The notes beneath the pieces were generated by a model that did not search any database, was not told where the DNA came from, and saw nothing but the letters and a program-made list of their open reading frames with translations. Of a stretch of 64,000 nt of DNA, positions 1 to 11,900 are shown in pieces. This stretch comes from Aplysia californica (lineage: Eukaryota). The stretch is taken from NCBI RefSeq assembly GCF_000002075.1, contig NW_004797517.1, forward strand, positions 17,737 through 81,736, written 5' to 3'. The position numbers and the translations under genes are program-made. Positions within the stretch are counted from its first letter, which is position 1. Each line of letters starts with the position of its first letter.

Positions 1-483
1 GCACTCTACCCCATCCTCTGTCTGGTCACACCTGCCTAACGTCAGCCAAAGTTAAAGGACCTGACGAATGTGTCAGGGTACAAACTGTTTTTGTACACCA
101 TGCAACGTCCTTGCAGTTTGTTTTTTTGGTGTGTGTAGACATTCACATTTAACTTCTGATTTTGATCTAACAAAACTCATATATATTGGTTACTTTTGAT
201 TGCAATGAGCATAGTAACAATGTATTCCAATATATATAATTCTTTGGCATTGTTTTAGCTATACACGTCTCGCAACTTTTCTTGCAACTTTTGCTAATTT
301 TTCTTGCAACTTTTTGCAACTTTTGCTATTTTCAAATGCAACTTTCTCCGAGGACTGTTAAAGAAAGATTATATCTTGTTATTCGAATTTCATCTTGAAC
401 ACCTGGGGTGTTTTATGATCACTCTGAATGATGCTGGTATGTGTTAATAACAAAGTTAGAAATATTAACTGCCACCTACCCTT

Positions 484-690
484 AAAATTCAGTACAAGCT
501 GAACTTTGCTGGTGAATGGCAGGCGCTGCAAAGACCAAGAAAGCTGAACACCCTGTGTGCGACAGTTAGTGCTGGACCTCTCTACAAAGACAGAGTGAAG
601 ATAACTGCCTTCCAGTATAAATATCTACAGGAGTTGAAGGCTGTCGTACCACAATGCTACGACAATTACTGTAAAACGTTGCCTCAGTAG
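484..690 (+). mobile_element. Remnant of a DNA-transposon transposase C-terminus (Sola-like)
   Basis: Open frame without a start: KIQYKLNFAGEWQALQRP...LYKDRVKITAFQYKYLQELKAVVPQCYDNYCKTLPQ*. It resembles, from memory, the C-terminal pattern of Sola-type transposases. A possible element end ...GAATGGCCTC lies at about 1041. Confidence 0.45.
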
Positions 691-1106
691 GAAGCTTTGA
701 AAGCGATCGAGTCAAATTCGATTATTGTAAAGTCTTTCAAAACAATGGTGACTTTTTGTCGTATTACTATGTTACAGCCACAGGACACAGAGTGAGACAG
801 ACATGCTCTTCTGTTGTTGAGAAAACTCAATAAAGTAGTTGTTGTCAAGCCACGCACCTTGAAGAAAGTTAGCGTATTCTTTGATACCTACAAAGTATTT
901 TTGAAAAATAACAATAGGCTATATTTTTAAGTAACCAACTTCACTCAAATCATTGCTGAAGTAGCGGTTCTTTTGTGTGTGGCTTTCTGCTTTCATTTCT
1001 TTCTTAGTATTACTTTTTCCCAGACCTTTGCGAATGGCCTCCCAGTGTCAATAGTACCATGTCAGACACTGTCATAATTCTAAAGGCCTGCTGAAGCTGC
1101 TACTAT

Positions 1107-1152
1107 GTTGTTGTTGTTGTTGTTGTTGTTGTTGTGATTTTTGTTGTTGTTG
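1107..1152. repeat. (GTT)n microsatellite
   Basis: Direct trinucleotide repeat. Confidence 0.9.
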
Positions 1153-1379
1153 TAGCTGCTCTCCTTTACCCTTCGAACTTCCTGCTCTTTTGTTTCAAAT
1201 GTAAGTAATAGACCCATTGCTGTGTTCTGCTTCTTCTACTTCGAGTAAATTTTCAACTTTGTGACTGCTGTTTTTGCCCGAATTGACTCCATAGCACTGA
1301 AATGGCAACAGCTGATAGTATGTTGGTAGCAATAAAATTGTCTTCCTCCTCCTTTTCCTGTTTCTCCTTATCCTCCTCC

Positions 1380-1574
1380 NNNNNNNNNNNNNNNNNNNNN
1401 NNNNNNNNNNNNNNNNNNNNNNNNNNNNNNNNNNNNNNNNNNNNNNNNNNNNNNNNNNNNNNNNNNNNNNNNNNNNNNNNNNNNNNNNNNNNNNNNNNNN
1501 NNNNNNNNNNNNNNNNNNNNNNNNNNNNNNNNNNNNNNNNNNNNNNNNNNNNNNNNNNNNNNNNNNNNNNNNNN
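1380..1574. other. Assembly gap (N); other gaps at 4300-5024, 49935-50066 and 62723-62822
   Basis: Runs of N in the sequence. Confidence 1.
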
Positions 1575-1923
1575 GATCACGACGATTAAAACAACAGATC
1601 GAATACGTTACCGGCAAGTGCGGCTTGGCTGCTCTCAAGGCCAGCAGTGGCTTCCTGATAAAACCGGCCAACCCACAAAATTGAGGGTTGGTGGGTTTTA
1701 TCAGGAAAAATTTGAGCGACATAACCGTCCAACCCACGCAGTTTCCTTAAAAGCTATTTTTAAGGAAAAAAATTGTAAACAGTTTTTTAGGAAAGTGTTT
1801 TTAAAGGAGTTTAGAAAATTGATTTATCGTTAGACACCTTTATTTTGAAATAAAACAGCTTTTCCCTTCTCCTGTAAAATTTACCTCGCTGGGGTTAGTC
1901 GGTTTATCACAAGGTCGACGATA

Positions 1924-2380
1924 TGCAACAGCAGCAGCAGGGGTTCATGGAAGAAGGGGTGTTGTGTAGCCAAACACCTTTGCCAATCTGAATCAACGCC
2001 AATTTTAGAAAATATTGTAAACGTTTAAGATAAACCAGCTATTTATATAAGTGTTGCATTTTAAAATGTTGTCAGTATATAATTATTAGATACTTTATTT
2101 GTACCCGATATTAAACAACGCTCTTTGGGTGTTCAGTGTGCGCACAGGATCAATACGAAATGAGTGATTTAGTATCTCAGCCTACAATTAATTGCTCATT
2201 TTGAGACGATAACGAATTAATATATTAAATAATTAACCCAGTCTTAATACCCTTCATACTCAACGAAGAACTATATAGGCTTTGCATCAGTAGAAGGAGA
2301 TGTAGACAACAAGACATAAAAGCAATCCATTCTGTAATTGTCCTTTTTCTTAATAACAAACTACATTACTCACTTTGTCT
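1924..2380. repeat. Interspersed repeat, copy 1 (copy 2 at 58259-58677)
   Basis: Both copies run from AGCAGCAGGGGTTCATGGAAGA through TTGCATCAGTAGAAGGAGA to ATTACTCACTTTGTCT in the same orientation. Confidence 0.85.
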
Positions 2381-2659
2381 CGCCCTGTTTCTTATCCTCT
2401 AAAAAATGGTACAGACTGAAAGTGGACAAACTATGGGAAGGTAATATTAACATAAGAAAGATTATTTTTGCTACTGCAATGTTCAATGATCAATGAATAA
2501 TTTTTAAATGCTTTTATTCACAAGTTAGTCCAGAGTGAATACAGACAATACTAATATAGCCTATATATAATCAAAGATAGTACATAACATGTAGACTCTT
2601 TGATATAATACCACTGATAATACGTTGACCCAACATAAACCACATCGAACGGAATTTAT

Positions 2660-2862
2660 TTATGGAGCATGCGCACAAATAGATCTATCCCCGCCCCAAT
2701 GCCAAGGGCAAAAACTCTGAAAGGACTTTCCCCACTTGGTGGCGGGACGATCGACGTCGCGTCACGCTGGAGTTTCAGTTTTCACTGTGTCAGTCAGTGA
2801 GCTGAGCTGCTATAAGGGCTTAGCAAGCCTTGTTTCAGTCGCGCTGTGTCTTAGTTGTAAAA
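2660..2862 (+). promoter_or_regulatory. Putative HDAC1 core promoter and 5' UTR
   Basis: CpG-rich patch just upstream of the ATG. Contains an NRF1-like GCATGCGCA (~2667), GC box CCCCGCCCC (2689-2697), CCAAT (2696-2700), E2F-like TGGCGGGA (2740-2747) and Inr-like TCAGTT (2775-2780). Confidence 0.6.
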
Positions 2863-2908
2863 ATGACAACTTTACCTCCTAAGAGAAAAATATGCTACTA
2901 CTATGATG
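2863..2908 (+). CDS. HDAC1: HDAC1 exon 1 ([16 protein letters not shown])
   Basis: AAAATGA start context; donor G|GTAGGT; phase 1. Confidence 0.95.
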
Positions 2909-5900
2909 GTAGGTGTTTTTAGTGAAAATTTGAGTGTCTTTTCTGTAGCGCTTTGCTTTTCTAAGTTTATCTTGTTCTTGTTTCCCTTCTCTTTCGCAAA
3001 ATTACGAGACTCTACACTGACTGAACAGTGAAGTGAGCGTGGCGGTGGCAATCGGAATCATGAATGAGCTTTCAGCAAATCTAGAGATCTAATTAAGACA
3101 AAATTCTAGTGAAGTTTTAAATTATTACAGAAGTATCGGTCTCAAGATTGTTTACGGTATACGCTGGTGAAATCTTTTAGAAATCAGGATTTTATCCGCT
3201 GAGGCAAGATCTGTAGACTCCTTAATTCGAAATTCGTTGATTTCTTTGTGGAGGAAAAAGTATGGAAAGCCGTTTCCTGGAACATAAAGCAAGCCGTCTT
3301 TTTATTTCAGTTTCATTTTTTGGGGGGCCCCATATTTTGTGAAAGTCTGCTTATTTGTAAACATGAACAAAAATGTAAGCAAGCACTTTTAAATGATTAC
3401 CAAAATGTTTTTGTTGTAAACAAACTAAGCTTTTCAAGGCTTAGAAAAATGACCCTCAAAAGTATGGAATACCAACATCCATGGTAATTGATTTGCAGTT
3501 TAGACCCATTTTTACAGAGATCTAGATCTAGATGTAGGCAGTAGGCTACATTATTAGGCTATCCTTTGTTAATGATTGTTTTGGTTTTCCCTCAAGCATG
3601 ATGTTTTGATCCAGATTTTTAGATTGAATTACTTTTAACTCACTTGACTGTTACCGACTGTGACTTGAGTGAGCCTATTCCCATAAACGAAGTGACTATT
3701 CGGACTCGAGTCCGAATATGAAAAAATGTCGGACTGTGATTCTTGTCCAACGTGACTTCACTTCCGACTTCCTGTGACTCGTGACTCCGGCTTCCTGTCC
3801 TACCTCACTCGTGACTCGCCTCAGGCTGGAGAGACTGGGATCACTTTGGGCAAAATGGCGTTTTGTGCATGAGCCGAGTTTTTATCTTATGATATGATGA
3901 TGAATTTGAGGCCGGCCTGAAAAGTTATAGGTCTAGATCTAGCGCTTTTAATAAATGTTTATTTGTCAAGAGGTCATCAGAAGCAATTAAAGATGGCTCG
4001 TTAGCGTGTGTTGGGGTCGGATGGCGGCCTGCACACGTGTGGTTGTGTGTGCGTGTCGGGGGGGGGGACTATCGGTCCGGGCGTTGAACGTTGCATACGC
4101 GTCAGTCTTTTTTCATGGCAACTGATCATTATTAAGCTAGTTTTGACATAGATCTATGTAATGAATTGTGCACTGGTCTATGGAATCAAAAGTTGCCGTA
4201 TGCTCGGCGAAGTAATTATTCGGACTCGAGTCCGAATATGAAAAAATTATTCGGACTCTGATTCTTGTCCAGCATGACATCACTTCCGACTTCCTGTGAN
4301 NNNNNNNNNNNNNNNNNNNNNNNNNNNNNNNNNNNNNNNNNNNNNNNNNNNNNNNNNNNNNNNNNNNNNNNNNNNNNNNNNNNNNNNNNNNNNNNNNNNN
4401 NNNNNNNNNNNNNNNNNNNNNNNNNNNNNNNNNNNNNNNNNNNNNNNNNNNNNNNNNNNNNNNNNNNNNNNNNNNNNNNNNNNNNNNNNNNNNNNNNNNN
4501 NNNNNNNNNNNNNNNNNNNNNNNNNNNNNNNNNNNNNNNNNNNNNNNNNNNNNNNNNNNNNNNNNNNNNNNNNNNNNNNNNNNNNNNNNNNNNNNNNNNN
4601 NNNNNNNNNNNNNNNNNNNNNNNNNNNNNNNNNNNNNNNNNNNNNNNNNNNNNNNNNNNNNNNNNNNNNNNNNNNNNNNNNNNNNNNNNNNNNNNNNNNN
4701 NNNNNNNNNNNNNNNNNNNNNNNNNNNNNNNNNNNNNNNNNNNNNNNNNNNNNNNNNNNNNNNNNNNNNNNNNNNNNNNNNNNNNNNNNNNNNNNNNNNN
4801 NNNNNNNNNNNNNNNNNNNNNNNNNNNNNNNNNNNNNNNNNNNNNNNNNNNNNNNNNNNNNNNNNNNNNNNNNNNNNNNNNNNNNNNNNNNNNNNNNNNN
4901 NNNNNNNNNNNNNNNNNNNNNNNNNNNNNNNNNNNNNNNNNNNNNNNNNNNNNNNNNNNNNNNNNNNNNNNNNNNNNNNNNNNNNNNNNNNNNNNNNNNN
5001 NNNNNNNNNNNNNNNNNNNNNNNNCGAAGACACTTCCTTTTTTCAGGACCCGAGTCCGAATAACATTTTTTCGTATTCGGAGTCGAGTCCGAATAAGAAA
5101 TTTTTTTGTTCGGACTCGAGTCCAAATAACGACGGCCTATGCTCGGCTCTACACAGCAACACAACTTTTTCTTGGTAAACAACCGAGATGACACAGGCTG
5201 GTGTATTTGAATGAATCTGTCTTTTTTTTTTTACACAGCTCATAATGCAGGTGCCAGGTGGTCTGCTAATGATTAGCCTAATCTTCAATTTTACCTTTTT
5301 CTACAACAAAGAAAGTGGGAAACGTGGGGGGGGGGGGGCGTATCAATGAGGCGGCGGGCATCGGATCTGCAGATAAGGTGTGGGGGAAACTTAAAAGTGG
5401 CGGAAAATTGGAAGCACTGAACGTTAGATCTATAGAGCGAAGACACTTCCTTTTTTCCGGACTCAAGTCCGGATAACATTTTTTCATATTCGGACTCGAA
5501 AATGCCGGCACTATTTCTCCGAACGTTCGAGAAACTAAAGCTGGGCCTACCATAGATAACTGCATCTCTATTCGACGCTTAACGACAACAGAGGATGAAA
5601 AAGAAAAGAAGAAGAAAAAAAGACTATTTCTCCGGACACTCTGAAATCACACCCTTTCCCGCAAATTTCAGATATAATATATTAATACAAGGCTATTCTC
5701 ACCCTTTTCTCCAACAAAAAAAAATAAAGTAAAATAGGAAAACAATACATCAGACCAATAACAAGAAAAAAATTACCCACCAACAAAATAACACACCACA
5801 AAGAGGGAAAAATAAAAGAGGAACAGCAATACAAATCGTATAAGTAACGTATTCAACAAATCAGCTTGGTGACAAGTGAGAAAGAGACGAAGTGAAGCTA

Positions 5901-8900
5901 AGTGAACTTTCTTTCAAAAGTAAAGAGTTTCGTGTTTTTTTTCTCGTTTTTTTTACTTTTAAATTCGGGGACCAAAAAATCGAGCCACGATTGATTGGTC
6001 ACGGCCGCGACAAACGCAGAGATGTTAGTTCTATGTGTCGTTATCAATAACCCTCCATAGATTTAGATCTAGACAGCACTCGAGTGAACACAACACATTA
6101 AGGCTAAGAGAAGCACCTTTCATAGGCAACTTGTCATATATGTAGCGAAAAACTGTTTGGAACTGTAGCTTTTCTTTATATAAATATTTACTGCGGAATT
6201 ATTTTTTGGACTGATTGAACATTATTGTATATAAATCTAACAATCTAACGCCCATAACAATTTATATAAATAAGAATGTATCACTTACTGTGTGTTTCTG
6301 TTTGTCTTCACGAATGCTGATGGTGTGTATTTACAAGAGCAGGTGGGAGAGAGGGGAAAACGGATGGGAACAGGGGGAAAGGGGTGGGGATAGGAGTGTT
6401 TTAAAAGTATTTAGGGAGAAATTTATGAGCACTGTGTATTGGTGTCCGACAGATGTTCACTGACTTGACTGACATATTAATTTGCTGTCCAGTCATTTTC
6501 ATCCCAACAATGGTTATAGTGCCGCAGTTTGTCTAGCACGTGTCACTGGGGTGGACATAATTTTATGGAATTACCAAATAATTGACACTGCACTCTGAGA
6601 GTAAATTTCTTTGTCCAACTTAAAAAGTGGGCGTATTGTGGTGACACTTAGTCTTGCTTTACAATTTCTTTTGGTGGATGTTACGATCGAGTGTAATTAT
6701 AATGTCTTGCAGATTCAAACTGTCCTTGTCGATCTCTACTTGATGGTATGTTTTCCCATCAACTGAACCCTTTATTAAATACAACTGACGCTGTACAAAG
6801 CGTTGCATTACCTCTCACGAAAGCGTTTGCATTACAATCTTGTCAGATTGCTACATTTCTTACGTGAAAGTTTGACTTTGCAATGATCTGATCGATCATA
6901 TTATTGACTTTTGTAACATATGATTTTATTGATCCCTTTGGTCGTGCAGAGGGAATTTTGCAATTACTAGCGAAAATAAAAGTAAATAAATCTCGCTTCT
7001 GAAGAGAATACAATAAAGAAACATTGAGACCAAACCTTGATTCAGAATGAGACAGTTTTAAATCAAGCTGTTGAAAATATGTATACATATATATATATAT
7101 ATATATATATCTGATTTGTACATTGACTAGTATTTAACCAAGCGAGGAAGGGAAACGAAGAACGCTCACCGAGTTACAGTTGTGATAAAATAACAAACAC
7201 TTAACTTTATTAATAGCAAGTTTGTATGTAACATCATATTTTTATTTGTAGTAACCTGTACACAGTCATCACTGTCGATAATGTGTCACAACTGACCATC
7301 GCCCAGGCCCATAACAATTTACGGGTGTAAGGGAGAACGATAAACGGAACCTTTTATCGTTTTCGCTTGCATCGCAAGGCTCACTTGCGGCCGCAGAGTG
7401 TAAGGGAAAACAACGAATGTCAAATAACTGCTACTTGTCAACTTAAACCACTCAAACTTTCGAAACAGCTTTATATGAACACCGTAACCAGATATATATC
7501 TAATATTTGGTATGTGCCTATTTTACATCCCTGCGCTTTATCACATTGGGTTATATGTGGGGTCAGCTTCCTGTCACCGCTCTGGCTGGGCTGGCTTAAT
7601 TTTTGGTACTTTTCAACTTGAAGATTTTAGGTGTGTCCTTGTATTTATGGTAATTATATCATTTAATGCACCCAAAGCACGCATTTCTGCTCTTGAGACT
7701 AAAAAAAGAACGGACATTGTTTTGTAACTTCTCTTTTTTAATCATTCTTTGAGGTATTGGGGAAGTAACGTATTATTGACTCTTGACTGTATCTGCTTTT
7801 TAAAATTCATTCACAGGGGACATTGGAAACTATTACTATGGACAGGGCCATCCCATGAAGCCTCATCGCATCAGGATGACTCATAATCTCATCTTGAACT
7901 ATGGCCTGTATCGCAAGATGGAGATCTATGTAGGCAATTTTTTGTTTTGTTTTGTTTTGAATATGTGTTCAGTGCCAACTTTGCTTTTGCAATATTTCAA
8001 TGGCCTTGGAGTCATTTTTTTTTTTTTTTTGAAGTTTAAGAAAAAAGACAACTCTGCCTTGATATTGATATGAATTATGAAAATCTGCTTTTTCTTGTAT
8101 TTTCCCCTGTCTCAAAGCATGTTTTTGCACTTTTCAGTATTTTTGCCCTGCTTTCTAATTGGACAGTGATGTATGTAATTGAGAAATCTTTTCTTTGAAT
8201 GTCCATTTACAATCAGATGTATGCCTGTGTCTGGTGTTCTTTTCTTCGGTAGCAGTTTTGACAAGATAGGAACTAAATTGTAGTATGGGCCATGCAAGAA
8301 CCGGGGTAGTTATTGTCATTGCTGCCTATAATTTTTAATTTTCTTTTTCCACCCTATTGCTTTGACAGCGCCCACATAAAGCAACTGCGGAAGAAATGAC
8401 CAAGTTTCACAGCGATGATTACATAAAATTCTTGCGCAGCATCAGGCCTGACAATATGGCAGAGTACAACAAACAGATGCAGAGGTGTAAGTAGACGAGT
8501 CCACTCTTTACATTATCTGTGCTTTCTATTTTCCTTATTTTTACAGAAATCCCTACTTTCTCAAAGTTCTGAAATTGTTGCATCATTAAATGTGTCACGA
8601 CGGGATGGACTCCGGCGCTCATCAATTTTTGGGCAAATCGAGTTATTGATGTAGTCTTAAAGCTTGTTGATTTGTCGTGCTTTTGATTTTTAAAAATACC
8701 CGTCCATCTTTAATAGAAGTTGTGATATTTTGCAATTCAAGAAGGTGGGGGTTTCGTGGTGTCAGAGGTGAAGTTAGCGTGAAAATTGTGCCAAAAGTTA
8801 GACTTCCAAAGCTCAAGAATCATTGGAAACTGAAAATCTTAAGTATTTTTTGTGTGCCTTTGATCATTTTTCAGTAAAATCCTCTGTGTACTGAGCCTTT

Positions 8901-11900
8901 TTAGTCCCTTAGTAACATGTTGCTGTTTTGCTGACCCTCAGTCTGACTTTAATGGATTGATGCTGAAAGGTTCAAAGGAATGCGTTGATGAAAGTACATA
9001 TAGTCATGTAGTATATTAAGATAAAGGAATATATTTTATAATATTGTGTGTGCTTATATGGCGATGCTTCTCATTCTCAACAAGCATAGTTTTCAGGTAT
9101 ATGCACTTCTTCTAATTTGGGTTTCAGGTATATTAATTGAACACATGTACTTTACCCATGATACAAATAACATAATCAACTTGAAGCTCATTTGACTTTT
9201 TTTATGCCATATGTTAAAATGCCCCGTTTCCATGAAGGGTAAGGCGCTGATGTATGGCAGGTTTTTAAAAAAAGTTTTTAGTAAGGTTTTACGCCGCTTG
9301 CAACTGCATACGGTCATATGCGCGCCAAGGGGTGGATGTCCACAGAGAAGTCCAAACGGGGAATCAGATTTACTCTGCTCACCTCTCTAGACTCAACAGC
9401 ACAAAGTCTGCTTTGACTGTCAAGGCACCCCAGAAATAACAGTTCACAAGAGAGTGACAAACATACAAAAAAGGTAGAGGAAAAATGGCGATAGTAAGGA
9501 TGAGGAAAGAAAAAGCAGCAGTTCCCCCTGTGTTTTTTGGGCACAGTATGGGCATGGCATTGATAAATCAGCCCATTTACAATTCTACTGTGCATAAGAA
9601 CATGGTTAATATCCCCCCATTTGGGAATGGGTAGCACCTCAGAAAAGCAGACTGAACAGCACACACAAACTTTCTTTTTGTTTTTGTAAGTGTTGGCACT
9701 CGCAACTGCATACGGTCATTTGCGCGCGGGACACGTTAAACTTTTTCAGTTGGTGGGAAATTTTGAATTTTGCTCAGACGGCGGCCAAAGCCTACTCTTA
9801 TCGATTTTAGACCACCAAGGGTCTTTGACGTGCGCAACTTGCAAAGGAGATGAGGGGGTGGGGGCTGAAAGAGGAGACGAAAGCAGATGACAGAACATTG
9901 CTAGAGAGCAGGAAAGGAGGTGAAAGGAGAGAATTTGAGAGAACATTTTTCGGTCGCTACCCGGATTCGAACCGGGGACCTTTGAATGAGAGACCAATAC
10001 CTTAACCTCTAGGCCACGAGAAACCCCGCACACCACAAACTTGCTGTTTCAAGTACTTAAAGCTATTTAGTGAAAGAAGAAAGGTAGATTTTAGTTTTGA
10101 TGTATTGGACATATCAGTCTATGCAGATATATAGCAGTGGTGACATTAACCCATATATCTAGTCTGTTTGGACAACCTAATTTAAATATAGCTTTTTCTT
10201 TTTGTTGTGTTTTGTCGTTTCTTGCTGTTCTTTCAATGCGAATTGAATTGCCTTATTTCCAACTTTCTTGTGAAGTGAGTTTTTCATACACTGTAAAAGG
10301 AAATAAGATCTCTGAGACTGTCTTTTCATTGCGTAGTTTTCGTGGACTCATAAATAATATTAATACTGTATAGATTCTTTTGATTTATGGATAAAATTCC
10401 TTGATAATAGCCCTAGTGGTGAAAATTTGACAAGAAAAAATATGAGAAGAAACTGAAGTTGGGATATTGTATTACATTTTATGTGTTGAGGGTATTGGTA
10501 GTCTTAAATGTGTTTTACTTTTCTCACTGTTATTAACATTTTATCCTCCACAGTTAATGTTGGTGAAGACTGTCCTGTCTTTGATGGGATGTATGAATTT
10601 TGCCAGCTAAGCACTGGAGGCTCTGTTGGTAAGAGTGATTTGTGTGTGGACAGTTTTAGTTTAGGAAGTGTGTAACCACTCAACTATATGAGTGTGGATG
10701 TCAAGTCAGGTTTCACTGTCTTGTATTCTGATAAAAAGAAGATAAAAAGCAGTACTGGTGACAAAGATATTTGGTGGGCAAAGTAGAGCGGGGTTGGGTC
10801 ACCTAGGCCCCCTTAGCTTTAAAACCTCTCTCACGCTTAATTTTGCAACTTCCTCCCACTTCTTGTTGTTTATGTGATGTGACACTTCCAGTCTAACTTA
10901 TAGTTCATTAAAACATTGCATTGGGTTTACTTTTACGAAACTTTTTTCCGACATAGTGATGGGAGGTCGATTCGGCTGATCCGGCCACCGGGCCGTACAG
11001 TTTGTGTCAAACAGGAGCACTCTTTAAACCATTTTAAACTAAAAATAAACAGTCCTGGTAAGTCCCTGAATGCTTACAATTGACCTCACCTTGTCTCCTG
11101 TTAAAAATAGTCCAAATGTCAACCAAGGCGCTGAACAGACAACCGAATGAAGCTTAAAACTCAACGAAAATGAAATGAAACGAAATATTTTCACATCTGG
11201 GGATTTATTAGGAAACACCCACACGAGTCAACAAATAGGAAGACAAGAGTTTAGAGGGGCGGCCAGATCTACCAACCCCGCTCTTGTACAGATTTTTGAA
11301 AATTTTCACTCCAAGATGATCTTTAAAAATCAAATATCTCCTTCAGTTTTATGTTTTTCTGTTTTTGCTATATTTTTGTTTCAATATCCATTTACTCATC
11401 AGTGGGAATTGCATTCTAAAGCCTCGAATTGACTCCAGTCCTTAAAAATGCTAATGCAAGCAGTCAGGCAATCACATAATTTGCAGTTTGTTTTGAAAGT
11501 ACTGCTAAAATGGGACTTTCTTATGCTGATAAATGAATGCTTTGATGCAATATTTGGCATCAATATAAAGGCCACCTTCTCCTCTTTGAGTTGCTGTCTG
11601 CCTTGACCTTCTATGTGGTTGTTTTCCGCCACAAAAGTTCCCATATACAGTGGTGTCCAAAAGAAACCTGAAAATGTAATCACGCAATCATCGTGTTAAA
11701 AGTCTGGCATTACCCACTCATGCAGCATACAAATTTAAAGCTAAATAAATTCTGCATCATCTGACACATTAATGTCAAGAGACACCCAAGATATGATTAC
11801 TCAAAATTTACCTTAAAAAATCGAGCTTGGCAAAATTGTGCCAAATCAAAGAAATGCAAAAGTGTGTTTTCACACTTTATGAGGTGCATCAAGTTAGGGG

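Noticed and set aside
1195-5194. Long ORFs in the track (180-308 aa)
   Set aside because: They consist mostly of N-gap X residues and are artefacts.
3697-5500. Palindromic repeats superficially like a CRISPR array
   Set aside because: Eukaryotic intron, no unique regular spacers and no cas genes; explained as MITE termini with a TSD.
9955-10027. tRNA gene
   Set aside because: The A and B boxes continue into a SINE body, tail and TSD, so this is a SINE head.
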